A stretch of 62,985 nt of DNA, filler included, from Chiloscyllium plagiosum (GCF_004010195.1; 11 parts of 11 records of this genome joined end to end with filler, not necessarily neighbours in it); one strand, 5' to 3'. Shown: positions 24,901-36,065, counted from the first letter of the whole stretch. The notes: a model not told the origin generated them from the sequence alone. Program-made: numbers and translations.

Positions 24901-26630
24901 CTTGTGTAAATAAAGCACAATCTCTTTACTTTTGTATTCAATTCCCTTTGCCATGAGCAATAATATTCTGCTGGCTTTCCAAAATTCCCACATTGGCTGA
25001 GATTACCATGAAGTACTCTCATTCTCGACCTCTCCAGTTGCCTAAGGTATGGTGACCCTCAGGTTAAGTCACGACTTGTTGTCTTTCTCTCTCTCTCTCT
25101 TATGAGAAAGCAGTCCTATGGTCCAGTCAGTACAACTAACCTCTTGTAATTTGCGCACAAGGATGCCCAGATCCCTCTGCATGTCTGTAATCTCCCACCA
25201 TTTAGATAATATGCTACATTTATGCTATTTACGACAAAATGGACAATATTTTAATTATACACTATTTTCCACATCTTTGCCCAATCACCTAACCTATCAA
25301 TATCCTTTTGTCACCTCCTTGCAGCTCCTTCACAATCTTCTTTCCCATCTGTCTTTGTGTCATCAGCAAATTTAGTAACCATACCTTCCATCCCTTCATC
25401 GAAATAACTGGTACAGATTGCAAAATGTTGAAGTCCCAAAACTGAACTTTGTGGCTCATCAGTTGTTACTTCTTGCCAGCCAGAGGATGACCCAGTTATG
25501 CATACTCTCTATTTCCTGTTTGCTAGCTCATCTTCTCTCCATGACAACATGCTCCCTCCACCAATGTGAGTGTAGGAATGAGTAGGAAAGTGAAGCTGAG
25601 GCAGAAGATCAGACATGATTGTATTGAAGAGTACAACAGGCTATTTCAGCCACTGAGCTCAAGTTGCTCTAATTTCTATCTCACTTACCGAAATAAGCTG
25701 AGCATTTCCAGCAATTTTGGTTTGAGTTTATTTATCTCTTAGGTTTATTGTTTCCCATTGTAGTCTCTCTTACTTTTGCACAGGCCCCAGCACATATTAA
25801 AAGCGGGGTGAAAAAAATAGTAGTGCAAGACACATGAAAGCCATAGTAATGTACAGCATGAAAACAGACCATTTGGTCCAACTCGTCCATACCAATCAAA
25901 TATCTCAACCTAGTCTAGTCCCATTTGCCAGCACTTGGCCCATATCCCTCCAAACCCTTCCTATTCATAAACCCATCCAAATGCCTTTTAAATGTTGCAA
26001 TTGTACCAGCTTCCACCACATCCTCTGGCAGCTCATTCCATACATACACCACCCTCTGTGTGAAAAAGTTGCCCCTTAGGTCCCTTTTATATCTTTCCCG
26101 TCTCACCCTAACCTAAAAAGACTTTGTCTATTTCCCCTATCCATGCCCCTCATGATTTTATAAGACTCTATAAGGTCACCCCTCAGCCTCCGACGCTCCA
26201 AAGAAAACAGTCCCAACCTACTCAATCTCTCCATATAGTTCAAATCCTCCAACCCTGGCAACATCCTTGGATCTACATGCATACATTGACAGTTAAAAGT
26301 CCTAATTCTTACCCACAGATTCACCTGGAAATCTACAGCAACAATGCCATGGGAAGTCTGGAGAAGAACATCAAACAGGTGAGATTCCAAATTTTTCTAA
26401 ACACTGATTAAATCACTAATCTATTTCTATCCACATTTACACTTTTTCCAAATGTTGCACAGTTGACGTGTTTAATGTTTTTATTAGTTTCTACGCAACC
26501 ATTTCTGGAAACGGGACCCACTCTCCACCAACAGGAAGCCACGGATAATAAAGTGGAACTGGAGCTCATTGAATCCCACACATTACTCAAGGCAGAGCCT
26601 GTTCAGAGAGACTCAGAACCTGAAACCTGA
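3934..26630 (+). CDS. Nonclassical MHC class I heavy chain gene, 7 exons (3934-3985, 5848-6108, 10411-10686, 10791-11069, 24388-24504, 26319-26378, 26488-26630), about 395 aa
   Basis: All six introns are GT-AG and phase 1. The exons total 1188 nt and splice into one open frame: leader, alpha1, alpha2, alpha3, TM and two cytoplasmic exons. The last two exons are less certain than the first five. Confidence 0.9.
5848..6108 (+). CDS. MHC class I alpha1 exon
   Basis: Acceptor tttctacag, donor gtaag, 261 nt. Motifs [24 protein letters not shown] and the N86 glycan site NQTS. Confidence 0.95.
6400..7400 (+). mobile_element. Old degenerate CR1-like LINE fragment
   Basis: Remnants [11 protein letters not shown] and ANDMKL of the RT motifs, with many stops. 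Confidence 0.65.
10411..10686 (+). CDS. MHC class I alpha2 exon (no cysteines)
   Basis: GIHIFQW...[11 protein letters not shown]...AVKTAEKW...GKEYLKRT; 276 nt with AG/GT boundaries. Confidence 0.95.
10791..11069 (+). CDS. MHC class I alpha3 (C1-set Ig) exon
   Basis: [17 protein letters not shown]...RPNHDGT...[10 protein letters not shown]; preceded by a 104-bp intron. Confidence 0.97.
15610..16965 (-). mobile_element. CR1 LINE 3' part (RT domain), spans an N gap
   Basis: [22 protein letters not shown]; [19 protein letters not shown]; FFTQRVV.VWN.LP. Confidence 0.93.
17608..18060 (+). mobile_element. CR1 LINE 3' end
   Basis: SRTRGH..KV...NFF.Q.VV.VWN.LP...[10 protein letters not shown] plus 3'UTR. 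Confidence 0.88.
18400..20620 (+). mobile_element. Fragmented Gypsy-type LTR retrotransposon remnant
   Basis: Protease-like FKISTDIG; integrase-like MDLFHFQG and D/VSGPQFVN; interrupted by other repeats. Confidence 0.55.
21526..21846 (-). mobile_element. HE1-type SINE
   Basis: Full head-to-tail match to the other copies. Confidence 0.88.
22007..23202 (+). mobile_element. Probable solo LTR (TG...CA) interrupted by the Tx1-like element
   Basis: TGAAGATGAGATCC...CCAAAT..ATAAAA before the insert; AGTAAA...TTATTTCA after it. Confidence 0.45.
22084..23030 (+). mobile_element. 5'-truncated L1/Tx1-like non-LTR retrotransposon (ORF2 C-terminus, 3'UTR, A tail)
   Basis: ORF 22109-22813 with WRVLH and the CCHC knuckle [17 protein letters not shown]; AATAAA, (CA)n and poly(A). 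Confidence 0.88.
23960..24155 (-). mobile_element. Second tRNA-derived SINE family (related pieces at about 8870-9110, 24800-24870, 24990-25140 and 52500-52590)
   Basis: Boxes TTAGCTCAGTTGG and GGTTCGATTCCC; recurrent CCTCAGGTTAA..CACCAGT core. Confidence 0.6.
24388..24504 (+). CDS. MHC class I connecting peptide/transmembrane exon
   Basis: tttcag|..[25 protein letters not shown]|gtgagt; hydrophobic span followed by a basic stop-transfer segment, phase 1-1. Confidence 0.85.
25840..26270 (-). mobile_element. CR1 LINE 3' end
   Basis: [17 protein letters not shown]; [10 protein letters not shown]. Confidence 0.88.
26319..26378 (+). CDS. Putative cytoplasmic exon ([20 protein letters not shown])
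   Basis: Acceptor cttacccacag, donor G|gtgaga, 60 nt, open in phase 1. Confidence 0.65.
26488..26630 (+). CDS. Putative terminal cytoplasmic exon with ESHTLL dileucine motif
   Basis: Acceptor ttttattag; open in phase 1 to TGA at 26628-26630; AATAAA at 26694-26699. Confidence 0.6.
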
Positions 26631-27019
26631 CCCAGTGGGAGAAACCAAACTCAGAGCGAACAAGCATTGAGTCTGGTTCTGACAGATGATGTAAATAAAG
26701 TGTAAAGTAATCCAGGTAATGACATTCTCCTAAGCAAGTACAAAGAACAGGAATAATGTAGATTTTACTGAGTCACTGAGTCCACATCCTGGAACTAAAT
26801 CATCACCTGAAGAATAATCAGACCCCAAGAATTTGGAGGAGCTGAGTGAATGAGAATGATGACTGAGAATAACCAGCTTGTTCACAAAGGGAAGGAAAAT
26901 CTGAAAAAGTTATAATAGTATTAAAATAGAAGTAACTTCCAATACAGATTTGTTAAAAATGTGTTTTTCGATGTTTCAAACAGTGGTGAAAAATTATTAA
27001 CCACAAGCATATTAAAGGT

Positions 27020-27800
27020 AGGACATTGAGTGTGCTGCATTTGAAGGAGAGAGACAGTTTTGAAGAATATAACTGATAGAAACAACACACCATGTCATTC
27101 GAGAAAGATTGGCTAAAAGAACAAATTGTCCAACGCTGTGCAGCCACAAATGATGAACAAGTTCCTCTGTTGCGCTCTCTCGCTTTGGAAGTTCTGCACA
27201 GGATTATCACCCGGGTGAGGGATACTGTGAAAGACATAACACCTCCAAATAATGAGCAGTCAGTTACTGGGATCATTCAGACATTTAGAGCAAAACTGGG
27301 GGATGAGATACAGATTCCACAAGAGACACTGGGACCTGTTACTTTTCAGTCTGAAAAGATTAACGCCCCGAACTTCAAACAAGAAATTGAATTTTTATCA
27401 GAACAAATGATCTGACTGAAAGGGTTAAAAACTGGGAGAAGGACATTGCTGGGAAAATCACTGTTCTCCCCATCCAGTGAATTGTCCGCAATGTTATGTG
27501 GCTGTGGAGAGCGGTGTCCCTTCTGTGGAGTCCTGTGTGATTGTATGAACACGGGGCACACACAGCACAGCACTGAATATCACCGGAGCCAAGGGCTGAA
27601 TGAATACAGAAACAACATGAACGTGAAGTTAAGATCAGAGAATTAGACAACAGCTGTTGCCAGTTTCACAAATAAGGACATGAAATGGAATCCACATTGT
27701 GAGAAGGCCTTCAGAGATCTCAATGACCAGTGTAGACACTGGAACGTGCCTTCTGATAACAGTATCAAAACATTAGACCATTGGAAGAAAGACAAAACGT
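27020..27800 (+). pseudogene. GVIN1: Decayed C-terminal part of an interferon-induced very large GTPase (GVIN1/VLIG/URGCP family)
   Basis: One reading frame broken by stops (27413, 27644) gives GCGERCPFCGVLCDCMNTGHTQHSTEYHRSQGL...*TTAVAS...HWNVPSDNSIKTLDHWK. This matches the GVIN C-terminal pattern CPFC..C....H..H....HRPQG...CTS.VAS...W.I.PD......YWK as I recall it. Confidence 0.8.
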
Positions 27801-28710
27801 TCAGCAGATTTGGCAGCATCTGCGGGGAGACAAACAGTGTTAATGTTGCAGGCGATTATCTTTCATCTGAATTGGGACAAGTTTGACATGTGATATGTTT
27901 TATGGAGATGAAATGGGAATGATGAGAAAGTTTGGAATAGGGTGTAAGGTGGGAGACATTATGCACCATAAATTCTTTTGTCACTTAGAGTAACAGGGTT
28001 GTACTGAGGCAAATAAGAAATGAAAAGTGAGTCTGCTGTAGATGCCTCATGGTCACAGTGTCAGTATTTTAAAAGACATTGCGGTTTCACAGCTTGTGAC
28101 TTGAGGGTATGAAGATCTCTAACTCCATCTTACCTCAGATCACTTGAAGCATGACACCGACTAGCAGCCCAGACTGTTAGCCCAGACACCTATGTGCCTC
28201 AGGAATATAATGTTTGTACATAATAGTCAGCTGTAATCAGTATGTGCTGTATTCCTCAATATCGCAATTGAAAAAAAATGTTTTAAAATTGAAGACTGTG
28301 GAAGGCTGTGTATTTGAAAACACGTTTGCTGGAGCTCATTGTGAGTTATGTTTACCGTGCTGCTTTGCAGGCAGTGAGAAAAAATATCACGCCACTGGGG
28401 TGTGTGTTCGTGCAGAGTGAGATTCGGCCAGCAACAGATTGCTGTTTGGTTTATGCAGTTATAGTCGAGAGTGTGGTGCTAGAAAAACACAGCAGGTCAG
28501 GCAGCATCTGAGGAGCAGGAGAATCGATGTTTTGGGCATAATGCTCTCATCAAGATTGGAGGGAGTCCTAATGAAGGGCTTATGCCCAAAACATCAATTC
28601 TCCTGCTCCTCCAATGCTGCCTGACCTGCGTGCTTTTCCAGAACCACAGTCTCGACTATGATCTCCAGTATCTGCAGTCCTCACTTGCTCCTCCTTTGTG
28701 CAGTTACAGT

Positions 28711-28960
28711 CACAGCGCCAGGGTCCCAGGTTCGATTCCAGCCTCGGGCTGTGTGGAGTTTGCACATTCTCCCTGTATCTGCGTGGGTTTCCTCTGGATG
28801 CTCCAGTTTCCTCCCACCGTCCAAAGATGTGCAGGTTAGGTAAATTGCCCATACTGCGAGGTGCATTAGTCAGAGGGAAAAGGGTCTGGGTGGGTTATTC
28901 TTCGGAGGGTCGGTGTGAACTGGTTGGGCCGATTCACTGTAGGGAATCTAATCTAATCTA
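28711..28960 (+). mobile_element. HE1-type SINE, 5'-truncated
   Basis: Box B GGTTCGATTCC; (AATCT)3 tail. Confidence 0.85.
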
Positions 28961-29436
28961 AACTCCTGGTCAGAGGAACACCTTGAATACTTACAATAAA
29001 AGAAGAGAAATGTCTGGCCTGCTAAAATTGATTCTGTGTCTTTGTCATTGTACTGTAAAAGTAACTAAAACCTAATGAAAACCAATTATCTTCTCTCATC
29101 ATTTACTGTGGGTTGTTGACAAGTAACTTAAAGATTTTACATTTAGTATATCAATTGCCATGTGCCTCCTGCAAAAAAAATGAAAAAATTCAGAGAGAAT
29201 ATGTCTTTAACAGTCTCAAATTCAACACCACCACATCATTTCTTCATCAATTCTCACCCTGCCTCATTCCACTTCTACCCTTCCACTTCCTACTCCAGCT
29301 CCCCAACTTCCTTAACCCCCATTCAATTTCCCATCTCCACTTCCCCAATTTCTATCCCCGCAATTCCACTTCTCCCTCTTTCATTTTGTCTTTCTATTCC
29401 AGCTCCACTCGTCCCCCCACTGCCCATCGTCATACC

Positions 29437-29536
29437 NNNNNNNNNNNNNNNNNNNNNNNNNNNNNNNNNNNNNNNNNNNNTTAATTAATTAANNNNNNNN
29501 NNNNNNNNNNNNNNNNNNNNNNNNNNNNNNNNNNNN
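29437..29536. other. Artificial contig linker (also 32451-32550, 37985-38084, 40961-41060, 43434-43533, 49653-49752, 53577-53676, 55375-55474, 57675-57774, 59761-59860)
   Basis: 44 N + TTAATTAATTAA (stops in all six frames) + 44 N, ten identical copies. Confidence 0.98.
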
Positions 29537-30431
29537 TTAGATTGCAGGATGATATAAAAGGGTTGATTGCATGTGAAGAGAAAAGTTGCAAATGGAAATT
29601 ATTCTGAATAAATATAAGGTGATGTAATTAGGCAGAGGAATCTGTGAGGTATGACGTTTTGAATGGTGGAACCCTGGAAAGGCCTGAGGATCTTTGGTGC
29701 ATGTACCCACCGATCCCCTATAGTACTGTGTCGTCTGGATAAAGAGGCTAAGAAAGTGGGAGGATATTTGCTTTTATTAGCCTAGACATTGACAATGAAG
29801 AGTGGTGAGATGATACTGGAACTTAATAAAACACTGGTTAGGCCATACTGAAGCGTTGTGTGCATGTTATGGAAGGAATGTGATTACACTGAAGGCAGTA
29901 TTGATGAGATTTGCCAGGGTCTTGCCTGGGTTGGAGGGTTTTAGTTATGAAACTAGTTTAGATAGACAGGGTTTTCCTTGGAGCAGAGGAGAATTAGGGA
30001 GAAGATAATCATGATGTTTAGAATTATTTTAGGCATAGACAGGGTAAACTGGATGAAACCTTTCCCCTTGATGGAGAGATCAATGCCTCAGGGTCACAGG
30101 GTGAAGGTAAGGCCAGGAGGTTCCAAATGGATCTCAGGGGAAAACAAAATCAAACAGAGGGTGGTGTTAGCCTGGCGCTCAGCACCTATAAGTCATGTAG
30201 AGACTGAGCCCCTCATTATAAGTATGAAGTATCCTTGCAAGGGCAAATCACACAAGGCTGGCACATGAGACTGGAATAGTTAGGTGGCTGTTATTGATAG
30301 GCGTGAATTGGGTGGATCAAAGGGCCTTTTTCCTGTGCTGTATAAGGTGAGTCTGTGAAAACGGTTATAAATAATGCCTTATTCATGTTAATCACAGATG
30401 ATCTGTTTATCTCAGTTCCTACAACACGTAC

Positions 30432-30737
30432 CTGGACATGGAATTTCTTTGCTCTTGTGTGTCCCGCTGTGTTGAACCTCACATGAGATTTTGCTGGGGC
30501 AATCTACCGCTGACCCGGGCAGGGTTAACTGGCTGCTCAGGGTGTAGGTTCCCTTCTTGTTTCTCACTGATGGGTAAGTCTTCCATCCAGTCGTGATTAG
30601 CTCCCCACCCTTCTTCCAGGTTACCTTGGTGACGTCAGGGGAATTGTCCATCGCCAAACAACCAAAGATCACAGAACCGGTGTTGTGCTCCTGACAGGAG
30701 GAGACCAGGCCATAAAGCATGGGAGGAGACGGTGTCT
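30432..30737 (-). CDS. IGHM: IgM heavy chain CH1 exon (shark type); splice acceptor apparently mutated AG>CG
   Basis: [15 protein letters not shown]...[11 protein letters not shown]...[18 protein letters not shown]...[15 protein letters not shown]|gtacgt. Confidence 0.88.
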
Positions 30738-31384
30738 CGACAATAGAATGACCAATTGAGCATGTTAATTTCTGTTAATTTGACNNNNNNNNNNNNNNNN
30801 NNNNNNNNNNNNNNNNNNNNNNNNNNNNNNNNNNNNNNNNNNNNNNNNNNNNNNNNNNNNNNNNNNNNNNNNNNNNNNNNNNNNNNNNNNNNNNNNNNNN
30901 NNNNNNNNNNNNNNNNNNNNNNNNNNNNNNNNNNNNNNNNNNNNNNNNNNNNNNNNNNNNNNNNNNNNNNNNNNNNNNNNNNNNNNNNNNNNNNNNNNNN
31001 NNNNNNNNNNNNNNNNNNNNNNNNNNNNNNNNNNNNNNNNNNNNNNNNNNNNNNNNNNNNNNNNNNNNNNNNNNNNNNNNNNNNNNNNNNNNNNNNNNNN
31101 NNNNNNNNNNNNNNNNNNNNNNNNNNNNNNNNNNNNNNNNNNNNNNNNNNNNNNNNNNNNNNNNNNNNNNNNNNNNNNNNNNNNNNNNNNNNNNNNNNNN
31201 NNNNNNNNNNNNNNNNNNNNNNNNNNNNNNNNNNNNNNNNNNNNNNNNNNNNNNNNNNNNNNNNNNNNNNNNNNNNNNNNNNNNNNNNNNNNNNNNNNNN
31301 NNNNNNNNNNNNNNNNNNNNNNNNNNNNNNNNNNNNNNNNNNNNNNNNNNNNNNNNNNNNNGGAGAGAAGTCAGAGTGAATCAT

Positions 31385-31673
31385 AGAACATAGAACATTA
31401 CAGCGCAGTACAGGCCCTTCGGCCCTCGATGTTGCGCTGCCCTGTCATACTAATCTGAAGCCCATCCCACCTACACTATTCCATGTACGTCCATATGTTA
31501 GCCCAATGACGACTTAAACGTACTTAAACTTGGCGAATCCACTACCGTTGCAGGCAAAGCATTCCATACCCTTATTACTCAATGAGTAAAGAAATACCTC
31601 TGTCATCTGTCTTATACCTATCTCCCCTCACTTTAAAGTTGTGTCCCCCCATGTTTGCCATCCCCATACTTGG
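31385..31673 (-). mobile_element. CR1 3' end, same subfamily as 15610-15900
   Basis: Shared sequence CATAGAACATTACAGCGCAGTACAGGCCCTTCGGCCCTCGATGTTG. Confidence 0.85.
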
Positions 31674-34499
31674 AAATCAGGCCCAGTGAGCCTTCCTCAC
31701 TTATCAATGCAAGTTAGAATGTTCTCTCTGGGAGGAAGGTCACTGCAGCAGCAGCACAGGCAGGAGCTGAGCACTGGGACGGGGAGGATGGCTGTCACGG
31801 CTGAACTCATGCCAATTGGCTGGAAGTTGTAACATCTCATTTACAATTATCTGAATTCTTGAGGCCTCTGAAAAATGGAGGACCATTAAGGTTCAGAGAC
31901 TTTGGAGTGTTCCAGCTGAGTATTTATGTAAATATGATTTGAGAAATGAACAAGTAATCTTTAACTTTCAAAACTATCAAACTGACACACAGTTCACCAG
32001 CAAACCTCATCTTTCAAACTAACCACTTACTCTGTCTCGACCTAAATTCCCACTCACATTGACAAACCCTACCCTGCTATACACCCATTCATGCCCGGAA
32101 CACACTACCCCTATCACACGAAACACATCCAAGGCAATCCATATTGGTCGTGTAGCTGAGCAGAGAGATCTCGGTGTCCATGTACACAGTTCCCTAAAAG
32201 TTGCCAGCCAGTTTGATAGAGTTGTTAAGAAGACATACTTTGTGTTGGCTTTCATCGATAGAGGGACTGAGTTTCAGAACCACGACGTTAGGCTGCAGCT
32301 GTACAAAATTCTGGTGTGGCCGCACTTGGGAGTATTGTGTACTGTTCTGGTCACCACACTATAGAAAGAATGTGGAAGCTTTGGAAGAGTTGAGAGGAGG
32401 TTTACCAGGATGTTGTTCGGTATGGTGGGAAGGTTTAATTAGGAAAGGATNNNNNNNNNNNNNNNNNNNNNNNNNNNNNNNNNNNNNNNNNNNNTTAATT
32501 AATTAANNNNNNNNNNNNNNNNNNNNNNNNNNNNNNNNNNNNNNNNNNNNTGCCTCCCTCTTCATTTTTATATATCTGATGAAACTCTTGCAATTATTTG
32601 TTCGCTTTCCCTCCACATTTCACCTTCTGTACTCTGAATGTTTTTTTTTAGTTATCCTGAAGACTTCCTAACCCTCTGGCTTCCCACTGTTCTCCACCAC
32701 ATTGTATGCCTTTTCCTTTTGCTTTTATGCTGTCCTTGACCTCCCTCATCAGCCATGGTTGCCTTGTCCTCCCCTTAGTCTGTTTCTTCTTTTTCAGGAG
32801 GAATTCCTACTCTGCTTCCTGAATTACCCCCAGAAACTCTGCTGTTTGCTGCCCCACCATCTTACCTGCTCGGCTCCCCTTCCAATCAACTCTGGTCAAC
32901 TCCTTCCTCATGTCTTTGTACTTACCTTTACTCAATTGAACTACTGTTCCATCTGATTGCAGCTTCTCCCTCTCAAGCTACAGCGGGATTTCTATCATAT
33001 TATGGTCACTTATCCAGAGGGATACTTTCATCTTCAGCTCACTAATCAAATTGGCCTCATTACAAATCACTGAATCCAAAACTGCCTGTTCCAAATGATC
33101 AACCACAAACTGTTTCAAAAACCATCTCATGGACATTCCATGAAATCCTTTTGTTGAGATGCGCTACCCAGTCCACCTATCCATTGAAGTCTGCCATAAC
33201 ATTTTGTATTTGGCTTTTCTGTCTCCAGTTTCAAACTTCCAGCTCAGCACTGTCTCCATAACTTGTCCTACCTGCCTATCTTCTTTTCCACCTATCCACT
33301 CCATCCTCCCCACCCCTATTGTACTCTATGCTACTTTCTCCCCACCCCCACCCTCCTCTCACTTTTCTCTCCACCCTTCAGGTTGTCTGCCTCTATTCCT
33401 GATGAAGGGCTTTTGCCCGAAACGTTGATTTTACTGCTCGTCGGACGCTACCTGAACTGCTGCGCCAATCCAGCACCACTCTAATCTAGAATCTGGTTTC
33501 CAGCATCTGTAGTCATTGTTTTTACCCTTTTCTGTCTCCTGATTGATTTCCTTCCCCACACCCTGATTACTGCTTGGAGACCTGAACATAACTTGCATCA
33601 GATTCTTTATTTCTTGGGTTCCTCAACTCTCCCCACACAGATTCTACACCTTCTGACTGTATCACTTCTTGCTATTGATTTAATTTAATTTCTTACTAAC
33701 AATGCAACTCTTGCCCCTCTGCCCATCTGCCTGTCCTTTTGATAGGACATGGATCCTTGGATATTTAGGCCCGGATCCCCTTACAGCCATGTCTCTGTGA
33801 TACCCACAACATCGTACCTGCCAGTTTCAATCTACACGACAAGCTCATTGTGAATACTGTGTGTATTTAAGTACAACACCCTCAGTCCTGCATTGACTGC
33901 CCTCCTTCCCATCATTGTCCCCTTATCTGCTGTGCTTTACGTTTGATACCTGATCCTTTCCACACTCTCTGTCCTTTTACATCTTCTAGAATCTTGAATA
34001 ATCTCTCCTGAGGCCTCCTCCACTTTAGTTTAAATTCCTTGGAAACTCAATTTACGTTGATCTGTGACATCAGTTTTCTATCTTACTCGGAATGCTTCGT
34101 GCTTTTAGACTCAAAGTCTTTAAGTTTAATCTATCGATTTTCCCTGCACTTTTATGATCCCTTTGATATTCAAAAATTCCATCCCTTCCTTTTATTTTCT
34201 GTTAACAATCAATCCCATCACTAACCAGCAATCCTACCTTCTCCTTTACCTTCCATTTTCTCATTTTCCATCCAACTGAACCAAATTCCTTTCTCTTTGG
34301 GTTGAGTTCAGGACAATATTTATCCTTGAACCAAAATCATGAAGAATGCTCTTTGATCTCATTGCTTCCAGTGGGATCTTGCTGTGTAGAAATTGTCAGC
34401 CCCTTTCCTGACATTGCAAACTTGACTGGTTTTCAAACAAAATGTAACTGTCTTTGGGAGAGTCTGAGGTGCTGAGGGCTTGATTGAAACACAATTAGA

Positions 34500-35160
34500 G
34501 CCAGAGAGCTGTACAGCACAGAAACAGACCCTTCTGTCCAACTCATCCATGCCGACCAGCTAACCTAAATTAATCTAGTCCCATTTGTCAGCATTTGGCC
34601 CATAACCTTCTAAACCCTTCCTATTCATATACCCATCCAAATGCCTTTTAAATGTTATCATACCAGCCTCCACCACTTCCTCTGGCAGCTCATTCCAAAA
34701 ATGTAACACCCTCGGTAGGAAAAGGTTATGCCTCAGTTCCCGTTTAGATCGTTCTCCTGATACTTTCCACCTATGCCCTCTAGTTCTGGACTCCTTCACT
34801 CTGACCAACTTGATCAATGCCCCCGATGATGTTAGAAACCTCGATATGGTCATCCCTCAGCCTCCAGCGATCAGAGAAAATAGCCTTAGTCTATTCAGCC
34901 TCTCCCGATCGCTCCAACCCTCAAACTTGGCAACATCCTTGGAAATCTTTTCTGAACCATTTTAAGGTTCCCAACATTTTTCCTACAGCAGGGAGGCCAG
35001 AATTCCACACAGTATTCCAAAAGGGGCCAAAATAATGTCCTATACAGGTGCAACAGCTCCTAACTCCAATACTCAATGCACTGCCCAATAAAGGAAAGCA
35101 AACCAAATGACTTCGTCACCCCCCTACCTACCTGCAACTCCACTTTCAAGGAACTAACCT
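34500..35160 (-). mobile_element. CR1 LINE 3' end
   Basis: ESRTRGH...WNELPEEVVEAG...GYGPNADKWD. Confidence 0.85.
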
Positions 35161-35737
35161 TTTTTGGGATGAACTGGGAGTCTTTCAGTTGTGCTTTTCC
35201 TCATCACCCTGTTCAGAAACAAACTTCTTGCTTTCACTCTCAACTAAAAATAAGATAGAGGTGACGATTTCATGGTACTATTGCTGAGCTGTTCATCCAG
35301 AGATCCAGATTAATGTTCTGGGGACCAGGGTTAGAATCCTGCCAGAGCAGATGGTGGAATGTGAATTCAATAAAAAAAAAAATGCAATTAAGTGTCTAAT
35401 AATGACCATGAAACGATTGTTGATTGTCAGGAAAAAGCCGTCTGATTCCCTGATGTCCCTTAGGGAAGGAAACTGCCATCTTTACCATGTGACTCCAGAC
35501 CCACAGCAATGTGGTTGACTCTAAACTGCCCTCTGGGTGATTAGGGATGGGCAATAAATGCTGATCCTATCAGTGACACTCACATCCCGAGAAGCAATTT
35601 GAACAATGCCTGTTTATTTATGGGGTTTGTTAGGTATTGGCTACAAATGTTCAAACGGATTGTTTTGCCAGTGAATGTTCAGAGAGTTAAAATCCCTTTG
35701 AAAGGCAGGGATTAAAATTGTTTCTCTTGTGTTTCAG

Positions 35738-36065
35738 GCCGTGAAAACTCTCAGCCAAGCTGACCCTGCTGCCCCCCTCCTCGGAGCAGGTCAATGCCAA
35801 GGGCACTGCCACCTTGGTGTGCCTTGCCAATCACTTCTATCCCGATGAGCTGGAGGTGCAGTGGAAGAAGGATGGTGCAGTCATTTCGGACGGGGTTCAG
35901 ACCAGCAACTACCTGCGAGCTTCGGACAGCACCTACAGTGTCAGCAGCCTGCTGACTCTCTCTGGGTCTGACTGGGAGTCCAACGCTCGCTTCTCCTGTG
36001 CCCTCACCCACGTGACCCTCCCCTCTCCCCTCAGCAAGAGCATCAGGAGATCAGAATGTGTGTAG
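35738..36065 (+). pseudogene. IGKC: Ig kappa-type (shark NS4-like) light chain constant exon with a 1-nt deletion near the 5' end
   Basis: ATLVCLANHFYPDELEVQWKKDG...FSCALTHVTL...RSECV*. The spliced frame reads cag cca agc TGA (35761-35763), whereas the paralog reads gag ccc aag ctg. Confidence 0.88.
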
